Shown here one piece after another: positions 12,268 through 21,681 of a DNA stretch of 64,000 bases; within the stretch, counting starts at the first letter, position 1; every line of letters starts with the position of its first letter. The DNA lies in the NCBI GenBank assembly GCA_963833135.1, contig CAWHWW010000010.1, forward strand, positions 16,822-80,821, in the 5' to 3' direction. The notes under the pieces were generated by a model that ran no database searches, was not told the DNA's origin, and worked only from the letters and a program-made list of their open reading frames with translations. The position numbers and the translations under genes were made by a program. This DNA is from an uncultured cyanobacterium. GTDB lineage: Bacteria; Acidobacteriota; Vicinamibacteria; Vicinamibacterales; UBA2999.

Positions 12268-13428
12268 ATGCGGAACCTTAGCAGTGCGCCAACGCCACCG
12301 ACATCGGCCAGCAGCGATGGCGTCCTCGATGAACCTGATGCGAGCCGCGGTCTGCTGCGCGCGCGTGATCAATTCGTCCGACAGCTTCAGCGCGCGCTTC
12401 GTCGGTCTGCTCCGCCGGGATTCGACGTCTCCACCTGCACGTCGCCGGGCGCCGCGTCGTCCGGCAGTTTCTGGACCGGCTTCAGCGTTTCCGGCGAGCC
12501 GGTGATGATCAACTCGTCGACCTGACCGAGCTGGAACGCCGACAGCGTCGCTTCGGGTCCGGCGACGCCGAGGCCGCCGCTCTGCCACGCGTCCATCAGC
12601 TCCTGGACCTTTTCGACGTCGGTCTCCGCATCCTTCTCGCGCAACGCCGCCATCGTCCGCTGCGACGAAGCTGCCGCTCTCGCCATCTTCATGCGGCGCC
12701 GATCTCGACGATCTTGTCGGCGAGCTGCTTGCGGCAGCTGCTCGCGCAGGATCGGCATCGCCACTTCGTCGCCGGCGACGACGATCTGGTGGATGTCTTC
12801 TTCGCGCACGATCTTGTCGAGCGTGTCGACGACTTCCTTGATGTGATGCATGTGGAAGTTGTCGGCGCGGCGCTGATAGCGCGCCTGCGACCAGCCGCCC
12901 TTCGAGGTGCGGCGGGTCTTCTCGCCGACGATCTTTTCTTCGCGCTCGGTGCTCGGCGCCGAACACGAAGATGCGCGCCTTGTTGGTGTCGAGCATCACG
13001 GCCGCGTAGCGCGGGTAGTTCTCGACGAGCTTGGCGAGCGGATAGAGATGCGGCGACCGAGCTGATGAACAGCGAGTGCTCGTCGATCGGCGCTTCAAGC
13101 GGGATGGCTTCGAACAGGTCCGAGCCGCTGCACGCGAAGATCGCGAGTGCCTGCCCCGGCGGCTGTTGTCCTTGTTCTCGAGGTACTCCTGGATGCGCGC
13201 GGCGTCCTTGTCGAAGCTCTCGCGCTCGGGGGACTCGCTCGGGCAGCGCCTTTCGCGCGCTCGTTGAAGACCTTGCGCACGAACTGTTCGTAGCTCCTCG
13301 CGGCCGTTCTGGTTGGTCGTGAGGCTGAGGTAGAGGCTGATGACAGGGAACGGACTGGGCTCCAGCGCGGCCAGAGTTTCCATTCGCTGACTCAAAGACT
13401 GCACGGATACGGGTGTCGACTCGGCCAT
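12264..13428 (-). CDS. bacterial eRF1-like protein (baeRF/Vms1-type release-factor fold), frameshifted
   Basis: MAESTPVSVQSLSQRMETLAALEPSPFPVISLYLSL, ALAIFACSGSDLFEAIPLEAPIDEHSLFISS, PHLYPLAKLVENYPRYAAVMLDTNKARIFVFG. Hand translation of 12880-12960 (-) gives EEKIVGEKTRRTSKGGWSQARYQRRADNFHMHHIKEVVDTL, so the GGQ-loop position reads GGWSQ. C-terminus QSGGLGVAGPEATLSAFQLGQVDELIITG. Confidence 0.6.
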
Positions 13429-13524
13429 ACCGCGATAACTGCAAGGGCGGTGCCGCCGCCGAGAGGATGGCTGCCCGGCGCGGCCTGCACGAAACTCGAC
13501 CAGCTCGAGCCGGCGCGGCAGGTC

Positions 13525-14135
13525 TCAGGCGCGCACGTACGGGATCTCCTTGAACATCGGCAGCCCGGCGGCGCGGATGATGCTCGAGCAGCCCGCGCCG
13601 CTCGTGGAACTCCTTGCTGTCGCGATCGATCACGATCGTGTTCGGATAGAGCGGCGCCAGCCGCCGGAACTCGAAGTCGATCAGCCGGAAGCGCCGCACC
13701 ATGTTCTCGACTTCTTCGTGATCGCGGTTGCGCAGGCGGATGTGCTTTTCGATCGTGTCGGTGCTCGACGTCAGCACGATGACCTTGTCGGGATTCCAGG
13801 CATCGCCGATCGACAGGACCTGGCGCAGCGCCGGATGGTCGATCAGCGGATATTCCGCCATGTGCGCTTCGAGCGTGATGCGCGCGCCTTCGAAAAAGAT
13901 CACGCGGCTGCGGGCCATCGTGCAGCGCGGCGTCCCGGTAGTTGGCGTCGTAGAGCCGCGCAAAGTATTCGGTGACACCGACGGAGTTGACGCCGGCGGC
14001 GATGTCTTCGAGGACGCTGGGATCCCAGACGCCCTTCTCGCCCTCGCCGTACGAGCCGTTGTGATAGAGGTCGGCGAGCTGGCGGACGAGCGTGCTCTTC
14101 CCGACACCCGGTCCGCCGACAATGGCTACTCGCAC
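13525..14135 (-). CDS. small P-loop NTPase (AAA/nucleoside-kinase-like), frameshifted
   Basis: GTG 14135. Walker A MRVAIVGGPGVGKSTLVRQLADLY. The protein continues in ORF 12689..14122 (VIFFEGARITLEAHMAEYPLIDHPALRQVLSIGDAWNPDKVIVLTSSTDTIEKHIRLRNRDHEEVENMVRRF). Hand-derived stop TGA at 13525-13527. Confidence 0.55.
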
Positions 14136-14157
14136 ACCGCGATATTACTGCGGCTCT

Positions 14158-14183
14158 TCCGTGTAGTCCGTGTAATCCGTGGA
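14158..14183. repeat. Tandem TCCGTGTA/ATCCGTG words, same word family as the termini of the 44404..44605 element
   Basis: Read directly: TCCGTGTAGTCCGTGTAATCCGTGG. Compare GTCCGTAGTCCGTGTAATCCGTGAAATCTGTGGAT at 44571-44605. Confidence 0.6.
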
Positions 14184-14541
14184 CTACTTGCGAGTCACAT
14201 GCGCCGACACGGCCAGCCACTGCCGTTGCGGCGCGCCCAGACGTCCGTGTAGCGGCCGCCGCTTTCGCGCCGTCGCCGTCGTGTAGCTGCGTTCGCGCGT
14301 GGATGATCGCGAAATCGCCCATCAGCCGCACGTTGACGTCGTGCGCCTGGAGGTTCCGAATGGTCACCGGCCTGCCGTCTGCTGCAGGAACGCCTTGCGA
14401 TCGATCAGCGACCGTCGGCATCGAGCAGAGAAGTCGTCAGAGAGGATTTCTCGAAGCGCTTCACGTTCGAGTGCTGCACCGACTGGATGTAATCGTCGTT
14501 CAACTGTCGCCAGCAGGTCGACGGTCGCTGGTCGTGCGCAT
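14184..14541 (-). CDS. SnoaL-like/DUF4440 (NTF2-fold) protein, frameshifted
   Basis: Pieces CWRQLNDDYIQSVQHSNVKRFE (tail of ORF 14405..15379), TIRNLQAHDVNVRLMGDFAIIHARTQLHDGDG (ORF 13900..14421) and hand-read GGRYTDVWARRNG. Start (ATG 14541) and stop are approximate. Confidence 0.45.
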
Positions 14542-16018
14542 GTGGAGTCCTCCGAACCGGTCGATCGCGATCCTTGCCGCCTGCCACAGCAGCATCACCG
14601 CGTAGGCGCGCCAGGGCCGCCAGGCTTCGCTGCGGCGCTCGAGCTCGCGCGCGCTGCAGTCGCCGGCCATCCGCCTCAGCACGAGATCGCCCGACGGGAA
14701 CGCATCCGGCTCGTTGAGCGCGCGCATCGCGACGTACTGCGCCGTCCAGTCGCCGATTCCCGGAATGGCGCGCAGCGACTCGAGCGTCGAGACGCCGTCG
14801 AAGACGACGCCGCCGTCGCGCACGGCCCGCGCCAGCGCTCGCAAGGTTCGCGCCCGTGCAGAGATGATGCCGGCCTCTTCGAGCGGCGCATCGGCGAGTT
14901 GATCGGGAGTTGGGAACAGGCGATTGAGCGTCGAGTGGCCCGATTGCCCGCTCGCACTCCGCACTCGATTGGCGTGCCCCATCGCTCGGCGATCCGTCCG
15001 GCGATCGTCGTCGCGGCCTTCGACCGAGATCTGCTGGCCAAGGATCGCGCGCACGGTGATCTCGAAGGGATCCCACGCGCCTGGCGTCCGAATGCCGGCA
15101 TGCGCGGCGGCGGCGCGGCGCAGCAGAGCGATCGCCCGACAACTGCTGCGCGATCAGCGACGGGTCGGCGCCGAGGTCGAACATCCGCCGGACGCGCTCG
15201 ACGATCGTGAGCAGCGCGCGCGGATCGCCGAACTGCACGTCGAGCATCAGCGCCGAGCCCTCGCCGGCCGGCGCAATCGCGATCGTGCCCGTCGTGCTCG
15301 CCGATCGCGATCGTTCGCTGGTAGCGGTCGGCTTCGACGAGCTCGACGCCCGGCGTGGCGCGGGCGGCCAGGAAGCCAATCACCTGCGGCCAGTCGTAGG
15401 GCGGCCGGTAGGCGAGGCGGAAGCGATAGCCGTCCGAACCGTCCGATCGCTTGCGCGAGAGCTTGCGCAGCTCGGTCGGCGTTCGCGAAAAAGTCCTGCG
15501 GCATTTCGCCGTTGAAGCGGCGCAGGCTGCCGAATCCGGCGGCAAACGCGACCTGCGCGATCGGCAGCTGCGTTTCGTCGAGCAGCTTCTTGGCGAAGTG
15601 CACGCGCCGGGTCAGCGCGACCTCGATCGGCGTCGCGCCGAGATGCTGCACGAACAGCCGGCGCAGGTGGCGCGCCGTCACGCCGAGGCGATCGGCCAGC
15701 TGCCTCGACGCCCTCGCGATCGAGCGCGCCTTCGCCGATGAGACGCAGCCCGCGCGACACCACGCTCGAGGTGCCCGACCAGGCCGGCGTGCCCGGCGAT
15801 GCTTCGGGACGGCAACGCAGGCACGGACGGAATCCGGCCGCCTGCGCGGCCGCCGCGGTCGCGTAGTAGCGGACGTTCTCGTCCTTCGGCGATCGCGCCG
15901 GGCAGATCGGCCGGCAATAGATGCGCGTGCTGGTGACGGCGATGAAGAACTTGCCGTCGAACCGCGCATCGCGGGAGCGCCGCGCGCGATCGCAGACCCG
16001 CCGGTCGAGCTCCATCAC
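14500..16018 (-). CDS. Ada-type regulator fused to DNA-3-methyladenine glycosylase II (Ada Zn-domain + AraC HTH + AlkA), frameshifted
   Basis: FFIAVTSTRIYCRPICPARSPKDENVRYYATAAAAQAAGFRPCLRCRPE (Ada Zn site). LADRLGVTARHLRRLFVQHLGATPIEVALTRRVHFAKKLL (AraC HTH). IPGIGDWTAQYVAMRALNEPDAFPSGDLVLRR and WRPWRAYAVMLLW (HhH-GPD/AlkA). Pieces lie in ORFs 15380.., 15247.., 14676.., 14500... Confidence 0.8.
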
Positions 16019-16095
16019 CGACCGAGCTTAGATCGGATCGACAGCGCCGAACTGGTCAGAAACGGACCTCGTCAACAACAAGGCAGAATAGGGAT

Positions 16096-16987
16096 GTGCC
16101 CACGTTGCCGGTCCTGCTCGCTCTGCTGCTTCTCGTTCGCTCAGGCCCCGACATTCAAGTCCGATCCGCCGCACAAGTGCGACAGCTGCGACGAGTGGAA
16201 CAAGCCGCGCGAGCCGTTCAAGCTCTTCGGCAACAGCTATTACGTCGGCACCGACGGACTGTCGGCGATCCTGATCGCCGGCGACGCGGGTCACATCCTG
16301 CTCGACGGCGGTCTCGAGCAGTCCGCCGCGGTGATCGACGCGAACATCCGCAAGCTTGGATTCAAGACCGAGGACATCAAGCTGATCGTCAACTCGCACG
16401 GCCATTACGATCACGCCGGCGGCATTGCGGCACTGCAGCGGGCCAGCGGCGCCACCGTCGCGGCCAGCCCGTCGGGCGCGGACGCACTGCAGCGCGGCGA
16501 GAACACGACCGACGATCCGCAATATGGATTCGGCAAGGCAGTACAACGGCTTTCCGCCGGTCAAGAACGTCAAGGTGATCAAGGACAGCGAAGTGCTGCG
16601 CGTCGGCAACGCTCGCGATCACCGCGAACTTCACGCCAGGACACACGCCCGGCAGCACGACCTGGACATGGCAATCGTGCGAGGGATCGCAATGCCTGAA
16701 CATGGTCTACGCCGACAGCATTTCCGCCGTGTCGGCGCCGGGCTTCAAGTTCACCGATCAACCCGAGCGTCGTCAACGCGTTTCGGCGCAGCATCACTCG
16801 CGTCGCCGAGCTGCCCTGCGACATCGTCGTCTCGACGCATCCGTCGGCGACGAATCTCGATGACAAGATCAAGAAGCGGGCGGCGCAGAAGGGCGGTCCC
16901 GATCCGTTCGTCGATCACGGCTGCAAGGCGCTGGCGGCAACCGCGATGAAGGGCCTCGAGGCCCGCATCGCCGAGGAGAAGAAGTGA
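16096..16987 (+). CDS. subclass B3-like metallo-beta-lactamase fold hydrolase, frameshifted
   Basis: PFKLFGNSYYVGTDGLSAILIAGDAGHILLDGG and VNSHGHYDHAGGIAALQ (HxHxDH) in the tail of ORF 14924..16699. Signal-peptide-like start in ORF 16096... Hand-read C-terminus CDIVVSTHPSATNLDDKIKKR...EARIAEEKK, stop at 16985-16987. Confidence 0.75.
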
Positions 16988-17393
16988 TGGCAGACGCAAT
17001 GGCCGTCGTACGTCGAGAACGCTCGGCGCGTCGCTGGCGGTGGCGATGTTCACCGCCGCGTGCTCAGCGGCCGCTGCAGCTGGCCAACATCCAGGTTGGC
17101 CGCTCGCTCAACCAGGATCGCAGCGTCGCAAGCATCACGACGCTTGTTCAAGCCGAGCGAAACCGTCTACGTTGCGGTGCAGACGCGGCGCGGGCAAGGG
17201 CATGATCGGCGTGAAGTGGAAGTTCGGCGACAAGGTCATCGACGAGCCGACCAAGCCGGTCGATTACAACGACGGCCCGACGTCCACCGAGTTCCACTTG
17301 CAGAACTCCGGTGGATTCCCGCCGGGCGACTACAGCGTCGACGTCTTCATCGACGGCGTGCAGGTCGGCACGCGCGCTTTCAAGGTCGAGTAG
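16984..17393 (+). CDS. small putative lipoprotein, unrecognised family, frameshifted
   Basis: Lipobox-like AMFTAACS in ORF 17040... Clean C-terminal domain MIGVKWKFGDKVIDEPTKPVDYNDGPTSTEFHLQNSGGFPPGDYSVDVFIDGVQVGTRAFKVE. The start is uncertain. Confidence 0.4.
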
Positions 17394-17397
17394 CGAT

Positions 17398-17430
17398 CAA
17401 GCCCGCAAGCCCGTAGCCCGCAAGCCCGCG
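17398..17430. repeat. One-armed tandem array CAAGCCCG/TAGCCCG (complement of GGGCTTGC/GGGCTAC words)
   Basis: Read directly: CAAGCCCGCAAGCCCGTAGCCCGCAAGCCCGCG, between convergent stops 17393 (+) and 17437 (-). On the minus strand it reads (GGGCTTGC)-type G3N4-5 tracts. Confidence 0.7.
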
Positions 17431-17436
17431 ATTCAC

Positions 17437-19935
17437 TCATAGCGCAAGCGCCAGGATCGGATCGATCCGGCTCGCCCTCGTCGCCGGAATCAGACCCGCC
17501 GCCGCGGAGACCACCGTCAACAGCAGCACGGTGCCGATCGCCATCCACGGATCGTTCGGCTGGATTCCATACAGCTGCGACGAGACGTAGCGGCCGAGCC
17601 CGATCGCCGCGGGCACGCCGACGGCGAGACCGATGGCCAGCAGGATCAGCACTTCCCTCATCACGATCCACAACACGCCGGACGGCTCCGCGCCGAGCGC
17701 GAGACGAAGGCCGATCTCCTTGCGGCGGCGCGCGACGATGAACGCCATGACGCCGTAGAGGCCGATCGACGCCAGCAGCGTCGCGAGCATCCCGAAGCCC
17801 GCGGAGAGCAGCGCAATCAGCCGATCGGTGAGCAGCGTTTCGTCGAGTTGACCCTGCACGGTCTTCACGTCGTACACGGGCATGCCCGCATCGAGCCGCT
17901 TCACTTCGCTCCTGATGATGTTGAACGCGGAGGCCGACGCCTCGGTGGTGCGAACGTAGAACGTGGAGCTGCCGCCATATCCCGGCCAGAACACCTGGCG
18001 GCGGACGCCTTCACGCGGACCTTCATAGAGCGAGTCTTCGACGACGCCGATGATCTCGATGTCGAGCTTCGTCTCCGGACCCAGCCCGCGGCCCAGCCGC
18101 CTGCCGATCGCGCTCTTGTCGCCGAAGAAGTGCTGCGCGAACTTGCGGTTGACGATGGCGATCTTCGGGTTCTCGACGATGTCCGACGTCCTGAAGTCGC
18201 GTCCCTCGAGCACCTTGATGCCCATCGTCTCGAAGTAGCCGGGCGAAAGCGCGTTCATGAACGCCTGCATGTCCTCGCCGTCCTTGGCCTGGTGGCCTTC
18301 GACCGACGTGGTGCTGTCCCACTCATCGCCGGCCAGGATCGACACTCCGGCATGCCCGGCCGACTTGATGCCCGGCGTGCTGCGCAGGCGATCGAGCAGC
18401 TCGTTGTAGAGATTCACCGTTCGCGGATTGTCGTATCCGCTGAGCGCCGGCGACAGCCGGAAGGTGACGAGGTTGTCCATCTGCACGCCGGTGTCGGTGG
18501 TCTGGAGGTTCTGCAGGCTGCGCACGAACAGTCCGGCGCCGAACAGCAGCAGGAAGCTCAACGCCACCTGCGCGGCGACGAGGCCCTTGCGCAGGAAGAG
18601 CGATCCGCCGGTGCCCGCGATCCCGCCGACCGTGTCCTTGAGCGTCGCCCACTGATCGGGATTGCTGGCCTTGAGCGCCGGCAGCAACCCGAACACGATG
18701 CCGGTGAGGAGCGTCAGCGCGAACGTGAACGACAGGATCCGAAGATCCGGAGTCGGTTGGATCAGCAGCGGTTGTTGTTGCGGAATGAAGGCGATCAAGC
18801 CGCGCGTCAACGCCACGGACAGCGCGATGCCAATCGCGCCGCCGATCAGCGACAGCAGCACGCTCTCCGTCAGCAGTTGGCGCACCAGTTGGCCGCGCGT
18901 GGCGCCGAGCGACAGGCGCACCGCGATCTCGCGCTGGCGCATGAAGCCGCGCGCGATCAGCAGGTTCGCGACGTTGGCGCACGCGATCAGCAGCACGAGG
19001 CCGACCATCGCCATCAGCACGACCAGCGCGGTCGAGAAGTCGTTGCGGAGCGGCGAATAGCCGATGTTCGGCCTTGTCCAGCTTCAACTGCCCCTGTCAT
19101 GAAGCGCTCGCGGATGAAGGGCGTCCAGTTCTTCGCGCCCGGCAGCGTCATCTCGTGCTGGCGGATCTGCGTGAACAGTCCCTGCAGCGGGCCCTGCGCG
19201 TTCTCGATCGTGTAGCCGGGCTTGAGCCGCGCGAAGACCTGGACCCAGCGCGTGCGCTCATCGTCCATCCGCACCCAGCCCCACTCGGGCACGATGACCG
19301 GCTTCATCAGGATCGGCACGCGCATCTGCGGCGAGCGCGCCGGATCGATGCCCGGCAAAGCCGGCCGCGGACACGCCGACGATCGTCATCGGGATAGTTG
19401 TTGACGAGGATCTTCTTGCCGACCGCCTGCTGGTCGCGATTGAATCGCCGCGTCCAGTAGTCGTAGACTGATGACGACCGACTGGATGGCCCTGGTAGAT
19501 CTGATCGTCTTCCTGCGAATTGAAGACGCGCCCGGCGGCCGGTCCAACGCCGAGCATCGTGAAGTAGTTGCCCGACACCATCTCGATGTCGATGCGCTCG
19601 GTCTGGTTGTCGATCGCGACCGATGCATCGGCAAGCCGGCGCGCCAGCACCTCGCCGAGCGGCTCGGCGCGCTTCTGGTACTCCTGGTAAATCGGATAGG
19701 AGTGCATGCGCGAGCCCATGTTGCTGCCGCTGTGCGGTCCTGACTGATACAGCATCACCAGTTCGTCCGGGTTCTTCACCGGCAGCTTGCGTAGCAGGAT
19801 CTGGTCGATCAACGTGAAGATCGCGGTGTTGGCGCCGATGCCGAGCGCGAGCGACAGGATCGCGACGATCGAGAACAGCGGGCTGCGAAAGAGGCCGCGG
19901 ACGGCCAGCTTGAGGTCATTGGTTGGCAGCGTCAT
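17437..19935 (-). CDS. ADOP-family duplicated ABC permease (MacB-like periplasmic domain + FtsX), copy 1, frameshifted
   Basis: N-terminus MTLPTNDLKLAVRGLFRSPLFSIVAILSLALGIGANTAIFTLIDQILLRKLP. 527-aa C-terminal piece (ORF 17437..19020) with two FtsX-type TM blocks. Linking pieces 19014..19358 and 19258..19935. Confidence 0.85.
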
Positions 19936-19979
19936 TCCGAGAAGTTAGACGGGCCACCGAAGCAGGGGTTGTTATCCCA

Positions 19980-20059
19980 GGGCCACAGAAATGCCAGGCA
20001 GAAGGCGCAGACTCAGACAAATCAAAGTCATTCTGTGCTTTCTGTGCCTTCTGTGGCCC
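19980..20059. repeat. Hairpin built from CAGAA/TTCTGTG-type 9-mers (GGGCCACAGAAATGCCAGGCAGAAGGCGCAGA ... TTCTGTGCTTTCTGTGCCTTCTGTGGCCC)
   Basis: Read directly. It lies just upstream of the ADOP copy 1 start codon at 19935 (-) and upstream of the small + strand ORF. The same CTTTCTGTG word recurs at 36221-36252. Confidence 0.65.
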
Positions 20060-20111
20060 AACCTTGAACCGTCTCGGGCCCGTCGAACGTATCAAGAAAA
20101 ACGGAGGTTTC

Positions 20112-20276
20112 ATGTCGTTTCTGAGCAAATTGCTAGGTAAGAGCGAACCCCCCAAGCCGCGAGTTCAGGTCTGCGTCGAATGTGGTATGCCGGTGGCCGA
20201 CCACAAGCAGTGGTGTTCGATCCTGCAGGGCCAGAACGAAATGAAGCTGAAGGCGGCAGAAAAGAAAACGGCCTAG
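20112..20276 (+). CDS. 54-aa CxxC...C protein (possible zinc-ribbon-like), unrecognised
   Basis: ATG 20112 is preceded by GGAGG (20104-20108). MSFLSKLLGKSEPPKPRVQVCVECGMPVADHKQWCSILQGQNEMKLKAAEKKTA. The longer table ORF (19923..) starts inside the upstream hairpin and is probably not translated. Confidence 0.4.
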   Translation: MSFLSKLLGKSEPPKPRVQVCVECGMPVADHKQWCSILQGQNEMKLKAAEKKTA

Positions 20277-20327
20277 TCCTCAGCTGGCATATGATTCGCA
20301 GCCTCAGGCACTTTCCTGGAGGCCGCC

Positions 20328-21230
20328 GTGTCGCAACCACAAGCTGACGATCCGGATCCGCTCCTCGAATTTTCGGCCGAACGCAGCGCCGTGATTCAGG
20401 TCCCGAGCGCGCGCAAGGCGGGCCCTCAACCCGTTGAAGCGCCGGTAGATCCAGCGCCTGCGCTGCCGAAGCCGTCCCCGTCCGTTTCGGCTGAAGCGCT
20501 GCTTGCGCGAATCAATCGTCTCGAGTCCGCGCTAGTGGATTCGAAGTTCCAGGTGTCGACTTTGAAGTCCGAACTGGCGACATTAGTCCGCGCCATCGGC
20601 GACATCAAGAAGCAATCCCGGCGCGAGAAGAGCCCGGAGATTAGCCTGCGGGGCGCCGTGAAGAACCCCGGGATTGACTTGTTGACCGCCGTGCGGGCGC
20701 CGAAGAAAGCTTCGGCCCTTCTAGGAGCGATCGTTGGACTCGGTTTCGTGGTGTTCGGCTGGGTCTATTTCACGGGCGCCGCTGCTGATACGACGCTCGT
20801 CGGCTCCGCACCTGAGCCCCAGGAAACAACTGTCTTCGTTCCGGCCGACCAACCGGTCGCACCGGCGGAACTGGAAACACCGTCGCCGCCCGCCCGTGTC
20901 CCGGCCCGCGTGCCCGCCCGTGCGCCCGCGCGTGTTGTGCCTGTTCCCGTCGCCGCGCGCGCGCCTGCGCCGGACACGCCTGTCAAACCGGACACGCCGA
21001 TCAAATACGTCGGCTCGCTTTCAATCGATTCGAAACCCGGCGACGGCGAAGTGTTCCTCAACCGGGAGAGCGCCGGCCGTACGCCGCTGCGTCTCAACGA
21101 TCTGAAAGCTGGGTCGCACCTGATCTGGGTCGAGCGCGCCGGCTATCGTCGGTGGACGCGCGTGGTGCAAGTGCCTTCCAATCGCGTGACCCGGCTCTTC
21201 GCGGATCTCGAGCCGACCGCGGCTCGCTGA
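20328..21230 (+). CDS. single-pass membrane protein with C-terminal PEGA domain
   Basis: Coiled-coil-like LLARINRLESALVDSKFQVSTLKSELATLVRAIGDIKK. TM segment ALLGAIVGLGFVVFGWVYF. Pro-rich ARVPARVPARAPARV linker. PEGA-like GSLSIDSKPGDGEVFLNRESAGRTPLRLNDLKAGSHLIWVERAGYRRW. Frame intact. Confidence 0.7.
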   Translation: MSQPQADDPDPLLEFSAERSAVIQVPSARKAGPQPVEAPVDPAPALPKPSPSVSAEALLARINRLESALVDSKFQVSTLKSELATLVRAIGDIKKQSRREKSPEISLRGAVKNPGIDLLTAVRAPKKASALLGAIVGLGFVVFGWVYFTGAAADTTLVGSAPEPQETTVFVPADQPVAPAELETPSPPARVPARVPARAPARVVPVPVAARAPAPDTPVKPDTPIKYVGSLSIDSKPGDGEVFLNRESAGRTPLRLNDLKAGSHLIWVERAGYRRWTRVVQVPSNRVTRLFADLEPTAAR

Positions 21231-21262
21231 CCCCCAAACCGCTTCTCCTTAATCACTCGGTC

Positions 21263-21413
21263 GGTTCAGGGGTTCAGAGGTTCAAGCAGTTCACGGGTTC
21301 TCTTTCGTTCATGCGTTCACGTGTTCAAACGTTCACCTGTGAACCCATTGAACGCTGAACCAAATGAACCTGTGAACATCTTGAACAATTGAACTATTTG
21401 AACCGACGAGTTA
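21263..21413. repeat. About 150-nt imperfect palindrome made of phased GTTCA words (left arm) and TGAAC words (right arm), centre GTTCAC-CT-GTGAAC at 21331-21344
   Basis: Read directly: GGTTCAGGGGTTCAGAGGTTCAAGCAGTTCACGGGTTC...GTTCATGCGTTCACGTGTTCAAACGTTCACCTGTGAACCCATTGAACGCTGAACCAAATGAACCTGTGAACATCTTGAACAATTGAACTATTTGAACC. It ends with TTGAACCGACGAGTTA (21398-21413). Confidence 0.75.
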
Positions 21414-21415
21414 CA

Positions 21416-21649
21416 TCAACTGGCGCGAACGAGCCGCCGGACCGTCAATCCGGCAAACAACACGGTCACGCCCGCCAACGCCGCGAAGTGCATGGTCTGC
21501 GAGAAGATGCTGCCGACGCCGGCCATCGCCAGGCACAGCTGATTGAAGTGAAACGCCGGCGAGAAGACGGCGATCCAGCGGATCGATGCCGGCAGCGGAA
21601 TGAACAGCCCCGACAGGTAGATCATGGCCAGGTAGACGACGTTGACCAC
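21416..21649 (-). pseudogene. C-terminal remnant of an ABC-2-type transporter permease
   Basis: 77-aa ORF VVYLAMIYLSGLFIPLPASIRWIAVFSPAFHFNQLCLAMAGVGSIF...LFAGLTVRRL resembles the last TM helices of ABC-2 permeases. There is no upstream coding continuation; repeat arrays flank both sides. Confidence 0.5.
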
Positions 21650-21681
21650 CGCCGGTGCGGTGCGGCCGCTTACCCGTGCAT

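Noticed and set aside
14924-16699. 591-aa plus-strand ORF
   Set aside because: Only its last ~200 codons (from ~16096) are real, forming part of the metallo-beta-lactamase-fold gene. The first 1.1 kb is antisense to the Ada/AlkA gene.
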